Positions 30,089 to 40,278 of a DNA stretch of 64,000 bases are shown piece by piece. The notes under the pieces are model-generated. The model saw only the letters and a program-made list of their open reading frames with translations, was not told the origin of the DNA and ran no database searches. Both the position numbers and the translations under genes were made by a program. Location of the stretch: the NCBI GenBank assembly GCA_965218425.1, contig OZ244621.1:544001-608000 (forward strand). The letters are read 5' to 3'. Source of the stretch: an uncultured Candidatus Binatia bacterium. GTDB lineage: Bacteria; Desulfobacterota; Binatia; UBA9968; CAXXLF01. How positions within the stretch are numbered: position 1 is the first letter of the stretch; each line of letters begins with the position of its first letter.

Positions 30089-31702
30089 TTACACGGTCTT
30101 TGTCCGAGGCGTTCCTTCAAACTTTCCCAGGCGTTTGAGGGGCCCCACGGGAGACCGAAGTTTTCGAAGTGCCTTCTCCTCGATCTGCCGAATCCGCTCA
30201 CGGGTAAGTGAAAATCTCTCCGCCAACTCCTTAAGCGTGTGGTCACGTGCCATGCCGATACCGAATCGCAAACGTAGAACCACTTCTTGCCTAGGCGGTA
30301 GAGTGGCCAAGGCTTTTTTTATCTTCACACCAAGGTTCGCCTCCATGGCCCGTTCCAAGGGTTTTAAGGCCTGCTTGTCTTCCACGAAGTCGGAAAGAAG
30401 CCCCTCTCCATTTTCGCCACTGGGTGCGTCCAGAGACACAGGCTCTGATTCCAGCTTCATCACCCTGCGAACTTCCTTGAGAGGAAGGCCCATTTCCTTG
30501 GCAATTTCCTCGGGGAGCGGTTCCCGTCCAAGTCTTTCCACGAGACATCGAAACGTGCGAACCAGTTTAGTCCTTTCCTCGATGACGTGAACTGGTATCC
30601 GAATGGTTCGCCCTGAATTAAAAATGTCCCTTCTAATGGCCTGACGAATCCACCAGTTCGCATAAGTCGAAAAACGATATCCGAGCCGGTAATCAAATTT
30701 TTCCACAGCCCTCATCAAACCGATGTTTCCTTCTTGGACCAGATCCAGGAACTGAAGCCCGCTGTTCGCATACCTTTTTGCAAGACTAACCACCAGGCGC
30801 AAATTGGCCTGGGTCAGTCGTTTCTTCGCCACATCCGCTTTTTGTTCCCCTTCCAGAATGGAGTTCACTTGAAGTCCGAGTTCCTCCTTTGAGGTCTTCA
30901 ACTGGCTTTCAATGGCTCCCACGGATGAGAGAATCTCGTTCCGGGATTTTGTTTTCTTACAACTACGAGTCTTACTTTCCAGTTCAGTCAACCGGGAGTA
31001 AGAACCCTTCAATCTCTCGGCAATCCTTTGAATCTCAACTTTCGAAAGGCCGAGGCCCGCAATCCATTGAGTTGCTCGTCCCCTCTTTCTTGCGATTTCC
31101 TTTTCAAATTGGACCTTGCGTCGCAGCGAGATTTTCCCTCTTCCCAATACTCCCTGAGCCGCAGCAATTTCTCGGTGGAGCCTACGGAGCTTTGTAATGG
31201 TTGCCAAGAAGCGCTTGCGGAGAGAGATTTCGCTGTCCCCGCCGACCGAGGGGCCCGAGGAATCGTCACCGTCGGCAGTCTCCATTAATACGTGACACAC
31301 GTTGAGCTCATCATTCGCAATTTTATCGCCCAGTTCAAGGACGTATAGCAATGCCATCGTCGATGAAAGCACGGCCGTATGAATCTGGATCTCCCCTTCT
31401 TCGATTTGCCTCGCTACTTCCACCTCACCCTCGCGTGTGAGGAGAGGAACGGACCCGATTTCACGAAGGTACAGCTCAACCGTACTGCTACCCTGGGCAA
31501 TTCCCTCATCGTGGTCTTTTTCTAACTCATCTCCTTCACCTTCGCCATTGGACTTGGAAGAGTCGGTGCCCAAAAGATCTTCCTGTTCCTCCATCACCGC
31601 GAAATCGGGAACAGAAAGAGATGAAGGGACGTCCTCTATTCCACTCTCCAATCCCTGGGAAACCTCATCTTGACCGCCGTTATGCTTAATTACTATTCCC
31701 AT
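30089..31702 (-). CDS. RpoD-like sigma-70 factor, divergent paralog
   Basis: [58 protein letters not shown]. Confidence 0.92.
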   Translation of the reverse strand: MGIVIKHNGGQDEVSQGLESGIEDVPSSLSVPDFAVMEEQEDLLGTDSSKSNGEGEGDELEKDHDEGIAQGSSTVELYLREIGSVPLLTREGEVEVARQIEEGEIQIHTAVLSSTMALLYVLELGDKIANDELNVCHVLMETADGDDSSGPSVGGDSEISLRKRFLATITKLRRLHREIAAAQGVLGRGKISLRRKVQFEKEIARKRGRATQWIAGLGLSKVEIQRIAERLKGSYSRLTELESKTRSCKKTKSRNEILSSVGAIESQLKTSKEELGLQVNSILEGEQKADVAKKRLTQANLRLVVSLAKRYANSGLQFLDLVQEGNIGLMRAVEKFDYRLGYRFSTYANWWIRQAIRRDIFNSGRTIRIPVHVIEERTKLVRTFRCLVERLGREPLPEEIAKEMGLPLKEVRRVMKLESEPVSLDAPSGENGEGLLSDFVEDKQALKPLERAMEANLGVKIKKALATLPPRQEVVLRLRFGIGMARDHTLKELAERFSLTRERIRQIEEKALRKLRSPVGPLKRLGKFEGTPRTKTV

Positions 31703-31941
31703 CACTCCCCTCTTTGCTTTCCATTGCTTTTAAGAGCCACAGGTAGATACGCACAGTTCGCTGTTCCATCCGAAACGAACCATCCCATCTACAGGGTAAC
31801 GATCATTGAGTGTCGTCGCCACGATTCCCAGTAATATAGATCTAAAAGGTCTACGTTGCAAGTCTTAATTCAAACATTTTCAGACCCCAATTCACAGCAC
31901 GGAATTTGGAAAAACAGTCATTTCAGGCTAATCGTCTTTAG

Positions 31942-32853
31942 GTGCGTATCTGTTCCCTGTTGCCAAGTGCAACGAAAATCGCCTTTGCCCTGGGGCTGGG
32001 GGATTCTCTTGTGGGTGTGAGCCACGAGTGTGGCTTCCTCCTGGAGGCCAAAGAAAAAACCGTGGTCGCAACAAGCAAGGTGGATCCCCACCGAAACAGC
32101 AGCGGTGAGATCCACAAGATCGTCGCGGAAACGGTGAAGGCTAATCAGAGCATCCACAACATCGATCTCAACCTGTTTCAACAAGCCAACCCAGATCTTA
32201 TTTTGACCCAGGGACTCTGTGACGTTTGTGCCCTTGATTATGACCAGGCGGTGGAGGCGGCGCAATCTCTTACTAAACCACCCCAAATCATATCCCTCAA
32301 CCCTTCCACCCTCTCCGAGGTACTCGGCGACATTTCCCACGTAGGGCAAAACACAGGAAAAACAGAGGAAGCAGAACTCTTTGTGACCGGCCTATCTCAA
32401 CGGATCGACAGCGTTAAGCAGCGTGCCGCATCCTCAGACCTTCGACCGAAGGTGGCCTGCCTGGAGTGGTTGGATCCAGTTTACAGCGCGGGTCATTGGG
32501 TACTCGAGATGGTAGATAGCGCAGGTGGGACCGATGGATTGGCAAAGGTAGGACAGGTTTCGAAAAGACCTTCCTGGAACGGGATGCGGCAATACCAACC
32601 CGAGATTATCATTTTAATGCCCCGCGGTTTTACGGTTGAACGAACCATAGAAGAGGTGGATCAGTTACACAAGATTCCAGGATGGAATGAGTTGCCCGCC
32701 ATAAAACACGGACAGCTATTCGCCGTGAACGGCCACGCTTATTTCAACCGTTGCGGCCCTTGTCTGGTTGATGGCTTAGAAATCCTTGCTCAAATCATTC
32801 ACCCGGAAATTTTTTCCTGGAACGCTACTCCCGACACCGCACGGAGACTGTGA
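31942..32853 (+). CDS. BtuF/helical-backbone binding-protein family protein with no signal peptide
   Basis: RICSLLPSAT, VGVSHEC, PDLILTQGLCDVCA, LEWLDP, GHWV. Confidence 0.8.
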   Translation: MRICSLLPSATKIAFALGLGDSLVGVSHECGFLLEAKEKTVVATSKVDPHRNSSGEIHKIVAETVKANQSIHNIDLNLFQQANPDLILTQGLCDVCALDYDQAVEAAQSLTKPPQIISLNPSTLSEVLGDISHVGQNTGKTEEAELFVTGLSQRIDSVKQRAASSDLRPKVACLEWLDPVYSAGHWVLEMVDSAGGTDGLAKVGQVSKRPSWNGMRQYQPEIIILMPRGFTVERTIEEVDQLHKIPGWNELPAIKHGQLFAVNGHAYFNRCGPCLVDGLEILAQIIHPEIFSWNATPDTARRL

Positions 32854-32862
32854 CGAAACCAG

Positions 32863-33279
32863 ATGATCGCAAAGCTCTTTTTGCTCTTCACCCTCGTCCC
32901 CCTCACGGAACTCTATATTCTGCTGGAGATCGGCTCGTATCTCGGCGCACTCAATACGATCCTGCTGATAGTCTTCACGGGCATTCTGGGGGCTTATCTG
33001 GCCCGGATGGAAGGGATCAGGACAATCCATCAAATATCACAAAACCTTGCCACGGGGAGCGTTCCGGCCGAGGAGTTGATGGACGCGGTGTTGATCTTTG
33101 TCGCCGGCGTCGTCCTTGTCACACCGGGAGTGATAACCGATGTGGCAGGGTTCTTGTTGCTTATTCCCTACACGCGCACCCTGTTCAAGCGCTGGCTGAG
33201 AAGAAAATTCGATCGCATGGTTGCCACAGGTGATTTTCAAGTTCGGTACCGCGGCTGGGGGGACGACGATAAGTACTAA
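32863..33279 (+). CDS. fxsA: FxsA family membrane protein
   Basis: VPLTELYIL, TGILGAYLARMEG, TPGVITD. Confidence 0.9.
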   Translation: MIAKLFLLFTLVPLTELYILLEIGSYLGALNTILLIVFTGILGAYLARMEGIRTIHQISQNLATGSVPAEELMDAVLIFVAGVVLVTPGVITDVAGFLLLIPYTRTLFKRWLRRKFDRMVATGDFQVRYRGWGDDDKY

Positions 33280-33404
33280 CTGAACGACTTCTACCCATTG
33301 TCACAACTACTTGACAGTTCAAGGCCTAGTATGCGATTAAGACAAAGTTCAAGAAGAGCTTAAATTTGTCACCGCCAAACATACCTGCTTAGGAGGAAAT
33401 GAAC

Positions 33405-34913
33405 ATGGCCAAGACCGAAGCTAAAGCGCCAGTAGGCGAATCTGATGTGAACGGACAGTTCCCCTTTGACGATCTTCGTTCCTTCATCGAAACGGCAAAA
33501 GAGATCGACAATTACCGCGAGATCGATGGGGCCGATTGGAATCGCGAAATCGGCGCTCTCACTGAGGCGGCAGCCGAATTGATCACCGACCCCCCAATGC
33601 TGATCTTCGACAATATCAAAGGATACCCACCCGGGTTTCGAGTCGTCAGTCTTTCCATTGCTTCCGTCAAACGCGCGGCCTTGGCCTGGGGACTTCCCAT
33701 CGACAAGCCCAAGCTGGAACTGATTCGCCTGGGCACGAAAAAGCTAGGGACGGCAAGGACCAAACTTACCCCACCCAAGAAGGTCAAAACAGGGCCTGTC
33801 ATGGAGAACGTCTTGACGGGAGACAAGGTGGACATGTGGAAGTTTCCAAGCCCTCAATTCCACCTTCAAGACGGTGGACGCTATATCGGCACGGGGGACA
33901 TCATAACGATCCGGGATCCGGACTCAGGTTACCTTAACACGGGGACCTACCGTATGCAGGTGCACGAGAAGGATCTGCTGGGCTTATGGATCAGCCCAGG
34001 CAAACACGGGCGACTGATCCTCCAGCGCTACTGGGAACAAGGAAAGAGCGCCCCCATCGTGGCGTCCTTTGGCCATGACCCACTAACCTTTTTGGCATCC
34101 ACGGCATTTCTGCCCTGGGGCAAATCGGAATTGGATCTCCTGGGCGCGGTGCGTGGCAAGCCCATTGAGGTCATTGAGGGACCTATCACGGGTCTCCCCA
34201 TTCCGATCCACTCCGAGATAGCCATTGAAGGTGAGGTTCCCCCTCCGTCCGAGCAAGCGCGGGACGAGGGACCCTTTGGTGAGTGGCCGGGTTATTACTC
34301 CGGTGGTACCATCGGCACCGGCGAACCCCAGCCGGTGGTCCGCGTCAAGGCCGTCTATCATCGCAACAACCCCATCATTTTGGATTCAACGCCTCTGTGG
34401 CCCGGTGCATGTAAATACGCCATACCATTCATGGCGGGAGTGTTCTGGGATCAGTTGGAGAGCGCTGGTATTCAGGACATCAAAGGGGTCTGGCAGCACA
34501 CATCCTATTGGATCGTGATTTCGATTCGCCAGCGCTTTGCCGGACACGCCAAGCAGGCTGGTCATGCAGCACTTGGCGCACGGCAAGGGGCATACAATGG
34601 GCGTTATATCGTAATCGTAGATGAGGACATCGACCCAAGTGACATGAAGGAAGTGGAATGGGCCATGATGACCCGGGTGAACCCGGCCACGGACATTGAG
34701 TTAATCGATGGAACCTGGAGCACGCCCCTGGATCCCCGCATGACACCTGAGCAGCGGGAGAGCGGCGACCATACCAATAGCCGGGCAATCATTTATGCCG
34801 TGCGACCATGGACCTGGAGGGACAAGTTCCCGCAGGCAAGCAGAACGGAAAAGAACCTCCGGGCGGAGATCGTGGCAAAATACAAGTCGATTTTGCCGTT
34901 TCCGAATCTTTAA
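33405..34913 (+). CDS. UbiD family (prFMN-dependent) decarboxylase
   Basis: DGGRYIGT, NTGTYR, DEGPFGEWPGYY, VDEDIDP, PLDP; AGGAGG RBS. Confidence 0.93.
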   Translation: MAKTEAKAPVGESDVNGQFPFDDLRSFIETAKEIDNYREIDGADWNREIGALTEAAAELITDPPMLIFDNIKGYPPGFRVVSLSIASVKRAALAWGLPIDKPKLELIRLGTKKLGTARTKLTPPKKVKTGPVMENVLTGDKVDMWKFPSPQFHLQDGGRYIGTGDIITIRDPDSGYLNTGTYRMQVHEKDLLGLWISPGKHGRLILQRYWEQGKSAPIVASFGHDPLTFLASTAFLPWGKSELDLLGAVRGKPIEVIEGPITGLPIPIHSEIAIEGEVPPPSEQARDEGPFGEWPGYYSGGTIGTGEPQPVVRVKAVYHRNNPIILDSTPLWPGACKYAIPFMAGVFWDQLESAGIQDIKGVWQHTSYWIVISIRQRFAGHAKQAGHAALGARQGAYNGRYIVIVDEDIDPSDMKEVEWAMMTRVNPATDIELIDGTWSTPLDPRMTPEQRESGDHTNSRAIIYAVRPWTWRDKFPQASRTEKNLRAEIVAKYKSILPFPNL

Positions 34914-34922
34914 ATAGCGCGG

Positions 34923-35336
34923 CTAATAACCCAGTTCCTTATCGACCCGGTTTTTTAGCGGCTGACCCGAAAGAAAGCGCCCAAGGTTGTCCCTGAAGAT
35001 GGGGTTGACCTTGTCCAATTTCTGCCCCGAGCTGCCCAGCCTTGGAGTCACGATCACATTGTGCAGGTCTCAGAGTTGGGAGCTTTCCGACAGGGGCTGT
35101 TCGGGCGCCGCATTCAGGGCGGCACCCGCAATCCATCCTTCCCTCATGGCCCGGCCTAAAACCTCCTCCTCCATGGCACCTCCCGCCACCAAATTGACAA
35201 GGTAAGCGCTCCCTTTCATGTTGCGGAGTTCTTTCTCGCCAAGGATACTGTCGGTGGACGGGACCGAAGGAAGACACACGACTACGAAGTCCGATTCGGA
35301 AAGCAGCCTTGGAAGAAACTCCGGCGGCAAATTCAT
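34923..35336 (-). pseudogene. D-2-hydroxyacid dehydrogenase C-terminal fragment with a nonsense codon
   Basis: SDFVVVCLP...MKGSAYLVN...IAGAAL...QL-(TGA 35070-35072)-DLHNVIVTPR...NRVDKELGY; N-terminal half absent. Confidence 0.8.
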
Positions 35337-35415
35337 TTGAAGACGGTACGGTAATCCACGCCGGCTTCGCTATTTAACACGGCAAGCAGTTAAAAGGCGA
35401 TGGCTGCGGGGCGGG

Positions 35416-36594
35416 CTAGGAAGCGGCCTCGTGGAGCTCTTTCTGGGGCTCGGGCCCTGTAGCTGTTGCGGACTTTACTCCACTGGCCTGTCTGGCGGCC
35501 TTGAGGGCAAGGCGGCGATATATGGTCACACCAACGTCGGTGGAACAAAGTGTTTCCGGGACGCGATAGTTTTGCACCTCCATGAGACGCTTGTCCTGGT
35601 AGGTAAAAAACCAGCGGTGGATGTATTTGAAATAGGTTTTCCACCAGATCTTATAAAACAACCGGTGAAGGAAATTCCGTGGGAACGTTATGCTAAGCTC
35701 AAGGATACGGGTCAAGTTTGGTCCCACATAGATTGGCCATTGAAACGTAGAATAAGTAAATCCAAACATTGGCTCCCGCCTCTTCGATAGAATAATGTAA
35801 CCAGGCATGCGCACTTCGGCTCCGACACCTCCGGAGGTCCTTCGCCTTAATATCCGGTACCATATGGCATTCGGATATTTGCCGAGCCCTGGATATTCGG
35901 CTTGCATTTCACGTCCAGGCCCTTGCACAAAGATCCCTTTTCCATCGGGCAAAGGCTTTACGATCATATTGCCCCACGCGGGAATTTGTTGGAGGATTGC
36001 TTCCGGCGAGTTTCGGTGCACAAATATTGCGTGAAGCATGTCGGGATAGTTTTCTGTGACATTTCTCCAATCACAGGGCCAATACTCAAAAACATATTGA
36101 ACGAGGATATTAGGCTCTAAAAATCCCGGCGGCAGGTCTTCCTCCAGTGGAGGCGCTTCGCCTTGCCCCATAAAGGCCCAGACGATCCCGAAACGCTCCT
36201 CGGTGGGATATGCCTTGACGCAAACCTGTCCCGGCACCCGAGATTCCGGCCCCTCCACAATAGCGGCGACGCATTCCCCTCGTTCATTATAGGTCCAACC
36301 GTGGTAACCACAACTTAAAGTGCCGGGAAAAAGAATCCGTCCTCGGGAAAGCTTCGTCCCACGGTGAGGGCAACGATCCACGAGGGCAACTGCCTTTCCA
36401 TTTTTGTCGGGGAACAGAACGATGTCCTCACCAAGGAGGCTGACGGAAACAGGACGCTTTTTCACACGGTGCGCTTCAATGATGGGATACCAGTAGTTTC
36501 TATGGCCAAGTTCAGGCAAGTCCGGTGCTCGGGAGGAATCAGCACCAGCAGATGGAACCCGCTGTTCTCGAATATCACTTTCCGGCTGCGCCAA
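35416..36594 (-). CDS. Rieske oxygenase alpha subunit (CarAa/OxoO-like N-terminus)
   Basis: LGHRNYWYP, CPHR, CGYHGWTY, ENYPDMLHAIFVH, QD. Confidence 0.88.
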   Translation of the reverse strand: MAQPESDIREQRVPSAGADSSRAPDLPELGHRNYWYPIIEAHRVKKRPVSVSLLGEDIVLFPDKNGKAVALVDRCPHRGTKLSRGRILFPGTLSCGYHGWTYNERGECVAAIVEGPESRVPGQVCVKAYPTEERFGIVWAFMGQGEAPPLEEDLPPGFLEPNILVQYVFEYWPCDWRNVTENYPDMLHAIFVHRNSPEAILQQIPAWGNMIVKPLPDGKGIFVQGPGREMQAEYPGLGKYPNAIWYRILRRRTSGGVGAEVRMPGYIILSKRREPMFGFTYSTFQWPIYVGPNLTRILELSITFPRNFLHRLFYKIWWKTYFKYIHRWFFTYQDKRLMEVQNYRVPETLCSTDVGVTIYRRLALKAARQASGVKSATATGPEPQKELHEAAS

Positions 36595-36714
36595 CCTGAT
36601 TACCCCTCTAAGCCCTTACCTTAATAGATAGCATTAGTCAGTTATCTTAAAAATATTAAGGCAGTTTAGCACCCCAACTGTCAAGGCCCCGTCAAGGAGA
36701 GACGTTTCTATATC

Positions 36715-37959
36715 TCAGGTTGCCTGCTCGGTCTCGGTCCCTCGATGGGGAGCGTCGGGTTTGACAAATCCGAGTATGACTACACCTATTATATAGGATA
36801 CGGCCATTACCCCAAGGGCCGGCGCGAGCCCATACCGGTCCACTATCAGTCCGGTGACCAGGATCCACATGGGTCCCGTGATGGCCGAGAGGGTATGAAA
36901 CATGCTCAGTTGAGTGTCCACCCGCGTCTCCTCCGGCGCCACGCTGATGAGCAAACTCTGCAGCAGGGAACCCCGGCCGTAAATGAAAAATCCGGCGAAA
37001 AACGTAATCCCGAACAAACCGATGCCTGCGGTCCGAGGGATTAAAATCAAAAGGGTAAACACAGCAGATAGGACCAGGTCAATACGAATGGCAAGTCGCG
37101 GAGAGGTGCGATCGGAAAACCAACCCAGAACCATGGGACCTGCGACGCCACCGAAGGTGTACATGGCTACAAAGAGCGCGGCATAGGAAACACTGATGCC
37201 GAACCGGTCCACCAGGATCACTGCTAGATAAGTGTTCAGCGCTCCGGTGCCACGACCGGCGGCACCAACCATCATGACACCGGCCAAAAGCAGAGTCCTG
37301 CGGTCCAGCATCAAGACCTTGTATTCACGGAGTCCCAACCTGGTCCTTTGTTTCGTGCCGCCGAAAGCCTCCGTGCGGGGAGACGGTTCCTCCAGAAAAA
37401 AGAAAGAGAAACTCATCAGCATCAAAGGAAGGCTAATGACCATGACCGCCTGGCGCCAATCCAGATAGTAAAGTAAACCGGCGATCACCAACGGGGCAAT
37501 CCAACCGCCTATGTTACCGCTGATATGATGAAAGGCCAGGGCCTTGGCCCTGTCCTGGGGGAAGCTGTAAGCCATGACCGAACCGCCGACCGGGTGATTG
37601 GGACTGGTACCCAGTCCCCGTGTGGCCATACCCACAGCCAAATGGTTAAAGCTATGCGCCAATGACATAACAGCCATCCCAAGAAACGCCACCGCCGTGC
37701 CCACACCAAGGATATGGCTCCTGCGCAGGAAACGGGTCATCACGCCGAAGGTGATCTGCATGGGTCCCTCCACCACCATATTGATCACGGCTAGAAATGC
37801 GATGCCCGTATAACCGAAACTCAACTGATCCCTGATCACCGGATAAAGAACGGACAACCCCTGGGAACCCAAGTGACTGAGACCATGGGTAACGTTGACA
37901 ACTGTCACGGTCAGCCACCGACGAGGCGCACGATCCACGGCTTGACTGGCTTCGATCAT
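36715..37959 (-). CDS. MFS transporter
   Basis: About 12 hydrophobic segments; GWFSDR motif-A-like loop. Confidence 0.9.
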   Translation of the reverse strand: MIEASQAVDRAPRRWLTVTVVNVTHGLSHLGSQGLSVLYPVIRDQLSFGYTGIAFLAVINMVVEGPMQITFGVMTRFLRRSHILGVGTAVAFLGMAVMSLAHSFNHLAVGMATRGLGTSPNHPVGGSVMAYSFPQDRAKALAFHHISGNIGGWIAPLVIAGLLYYLDWRQAVMVISLPLMLMSFSFFFLEEPSPRTEAFGGTKQRTRLGLREYKVLMLDRRTLLLAGVMMVGAAGRGTGALNTYLAVILVDRFGISVSYAALFVAMYTFGGVAGPMVLGWFSDRTSPRLAIRIDLVLSAVFTLLILIPRTAGIGLFGITFFAGFFIYGRGSLLQSLLISVAPEETRVDTQLSMFHTLSAITGPMWILVTGLIVDRYGLAPALGVMAVSYIIGVVILGFVKPDAPHRGTETEQAT

Positions 37960-38070
37960 TTGGGTTGGCTCTCCGATTAAACTTACGCAAGGGAAGTCAA
38001 TGCGTGAGGTGAATCGTAACAGAGTGAGGCGAGAAACAAAACACCCTTCAGCCTCTCCCGTCTAACTGAC

Positions 38071-38099
38071 TTGACAGGAGCGGTTCTCTCAAATACTGT
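38071..38099 (+). promoter_or_regulatory. Sigma70-type promoter candidate for the MaoC-ABC unit
   Basis: TTGACA-N17-TACTGT. Confidence 0.55.
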
Positions 38100-38118
38100 C
38101 TAGTTAAGGTACAGCACC

Positions 38119-38640
38119 ATGGAACTGGATCCCAGCTCAGTCGTAACAAGGGAAATGCGAAGTTGGATTGGCCGTAAAACGCCGCCACGATCCATAGAAA
38201 AGAAGACCGCTTCCGACATTCGCCGTTACGTGGACGCCACGGGTGATACCAATCCTCTTTGGCTGAAGGACGATTACGCCGGCACCCATGGGTACCGAGG
38301 CCGCCTCCTCCCTCCCCTTCTCGTTGGCTGGGAACCATTTAGTATAAGAGGATCGGACGGTAAAGAGATCACCGAGGACATCGTAAAACGGATTCCTTTA
38401 CCGCCGGAATATACGGACGCGCGCAATGCCAACACGGAGATTGAATGGCTTAGGCCCGTGTACTTCGGCGAGCAGCTTCAGGCACAGACCTGTATCGTCG
38501 ATATTGTAGCCCGGCAGGGAAAATCAGGCATCGGCATTTATGTTACCCGCGAGGATCGGATCTTAGACAGCAACAGCGAAATCGTTCTCAAGCGCCAGCA
38601 GACAACGGTTCGTTTTCCGAGGAAGGACAAGCCGGAATAA
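38119..38640 (+). CDS. MaoC-like hotdog dehydratase, N-terminal-type subunit
   Basis: IRRYVDATGDTNPLW, EIEWLRPVYFGE. Confidence 0.85.
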   Translation: MELDPSSVVTREMRSWIGRKTPPRSIEKKTASDIRRYVDATGDTNPLWLKDDYAGTHGYRGRLLPPLLVGWEPFSIRGSDGKEITEDIVKRIPLPPEYTDARNANTEIEWLRPVYFGEQLQAQTCIVDIVARQGKSGIGIYVTREDRILDSNSEIVLKRQQTTVRFPRKDKPE

Positions 38641-38652
38641 CGAGTATTTGCC

Positions 38653-39099
38653 ATGGAACAGGCTGGCTTTGAACAGACCCGACTGGGGGACCAAATACCC
38701 GAACGAGAGTTTGGGCCCCTTACCATCCAGGACACGGTCCGATGGGCGGGGTTTCAGGAAAACTCCGCACAACTTCATTATGACCGCGAACACGCCAGGA
38801 GCCATAGTGGCCTTAAGACCTTTATTGCCAGTGGAGAATACCGCCAGGCCCTTTTGATGCGTGTGCTCACAGACTGGATAGGCCCACGAGGGATGATCCG
38901 AAAGTTAAACCTGCGCCAGACGTTTCCCACCTATGAAGGGGACCTCATGCGTTTTTCCGCAAAGGTGATTGAGAAATCCGCCAATGCATCGGACCCTTGG
39001 ATTGTCTGTGAGCTGATAGGGAAAAATCAAGAAGACCGTCAGATACTCACGGGTCGATGTGCTCTGATGCTTTCCAAGCGTTCTCAAATAACGTCATGA
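38653..39099 (+). CDS. MaoC-like hotdog dehydratase subunit
   Basis: VRWAGFQENSAQLHYD, LTDWIGP, PTYEGD. Confidence 0.82.
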   Translation: MEQAGFEQTRLGDQIPEREFGPLTIQDTVRWAGFQENSAQLHYDREHARSHSGLKTFIASGEYRQALLMRVLTDWIGPRGMIRKLNLRQTFPTYEGDLMRFSAKVIEKSANASDPWIVCELIGKNQEDRQILTGRCALMLSKRSQITS

Positions 39100-39144
39100 A
39101 ACGCCCTGGATGTAAATTTCAATCATTTGAGAGGAGTGACCGTC

Positions 39145-40239
39145 ATGAGAGCTAAAACGCTATTCTTTTCCGCAGCTTTATTTTTTGTAATATGCCTTCT
39201 TCCGCTCTTCCTTAACAAAGCCTCCGCTGCCTCACCCTGGGGCCCCATGAGCGGAATCGAGTCCGCCGCACGCAAGGAAGGTAAACTCGTCATCTATGCA
39301 GCGCCGGGACATGCCAACCGCAAGGCCCAACGCGCCATCGGTAAAGTTTTCCAGGACAAATACGGAATCACCGTCGAATGGACAACCCTGAGCGCCAGGG
39401 ATATCTCGCCCCGCGTTTTTGCGGAGCAGCGGACCCAACAGTACACGGTGGATATTACGATGTCCGGCGTGGCCGGTCATTACGGTCAATTGAAACCAAA
39501 GGGATACGTAATGCCGATCCTCGCGCCTTCTACCTTTGAGAAAGGGGTATGGCGCTTGGACCCCACATCGGTAAAGCCCAAGGCGAGGGACTGGCTATTT
39601 GTGAATATGCCCTTGCGTCCCAGTTTTTTGATCAATACCAATCTGATCCCTCCCGGCCAGGAGCCCAAAAGCTATCAGGATCTCTTAGACCCCAAGTGGA
39701 AGGGCAAGATCGTCTTTCAGACCCCGGGAAGGGGCGGGACCGGGTCCGGCTGGTTCCGAGCCACCCACAGACACCTGGGCCTGAAATACATGAGGGCCCT
39801 GGCAAAGCAAGTAGTGATCGTTGCAAAAGTAAACGACACTCCCCAAGGGGTGGTCAGGGGTCAATATCCCATCGGGCTCGCCGCTTCCACCACGCGCACC
39901 CGGCGACTCATCAATGAGGGGGCTCCCGTGAAGTTTATACAGCCAAAAGAGGGTTCCCATATGGCAAGTCAAGGGACCTGCTTTATTCTCAACGCACCCC
40001 ATCCCAATGCTGCCAAACTCTTTTACCATTGGTTTTATTCAAAAGAGGGCCAGACCATCTACGCTACGAGTACCCAGGCAATCTCTGTTAGGAATGATGT
40101 TTCCCAGGATTTTATTCCGGCTAATGAACGCTATGTTAAGGGGAAACCGTATTTAATGGCGGCCCTGGAGGACCAACAAGGGACAAAACCGAGGGAACTC
40201 TTGAAGCTGGGCAAGCAAATATTCATAGAGGGCAAATAG
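39145..40239 (+). CDS. ABC substrate-binding protein (Fe3+/thiamine/AfuA-like class)
   Basis: Signal peptide, ARKEGKLVIY, DLLDPKWKGKI, APHPNAAKLF. Confidence 0.9.
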   Translation: MRAKTLFFSAALFFVICLLPLFLNKASAASPWGPMSGIESAARKEGKLVIYAAPGHANRKAQRAIGKVFQDKYGITVEWTTLSARDISPRVFAEQRTQQYTVDITMSGVAGHYGQLKPKGYVMPILAPSTFEKGVWRLDPTSVKPKARDWLFVNMPLRPSFLINTNLIPPGQEPKSYQDLLDPKWKGKIVFQTPGRGGTGSGWFRATHRHLGLKYMRALAKQVVIVAKVNDTPQGVVRGQYPIGLAASTTRTRRLINEGAPVKFIQPKEGSHMASQGTCFILNAPHPNAAKLFYHWFYSKEGQTIYATSTQAISVRNDVSQDFIPANERYVKGKPYLMAALEDQQGTKPRELLKLGKQIFIEGK

Positions 40240-40278
40240 CAGCTCAAAAGCACAGGCCATAGACGACAAGGAGGGGGT

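Noticed and set aside
31706..31941. Cobalamin riboswitch upstream of the BtuF-like gene
   Set aside because: No B12-box or GGGAA/GCCACTG core in the proper arrangement.
35070..35072. TGA recoding (Trp or selenocysteine)
   Set aside because: TGA ends many genes here, including in ATGA/GTGA overlaps. The site corresponds to Trp, not Cys, and the gene is truncated anyway.
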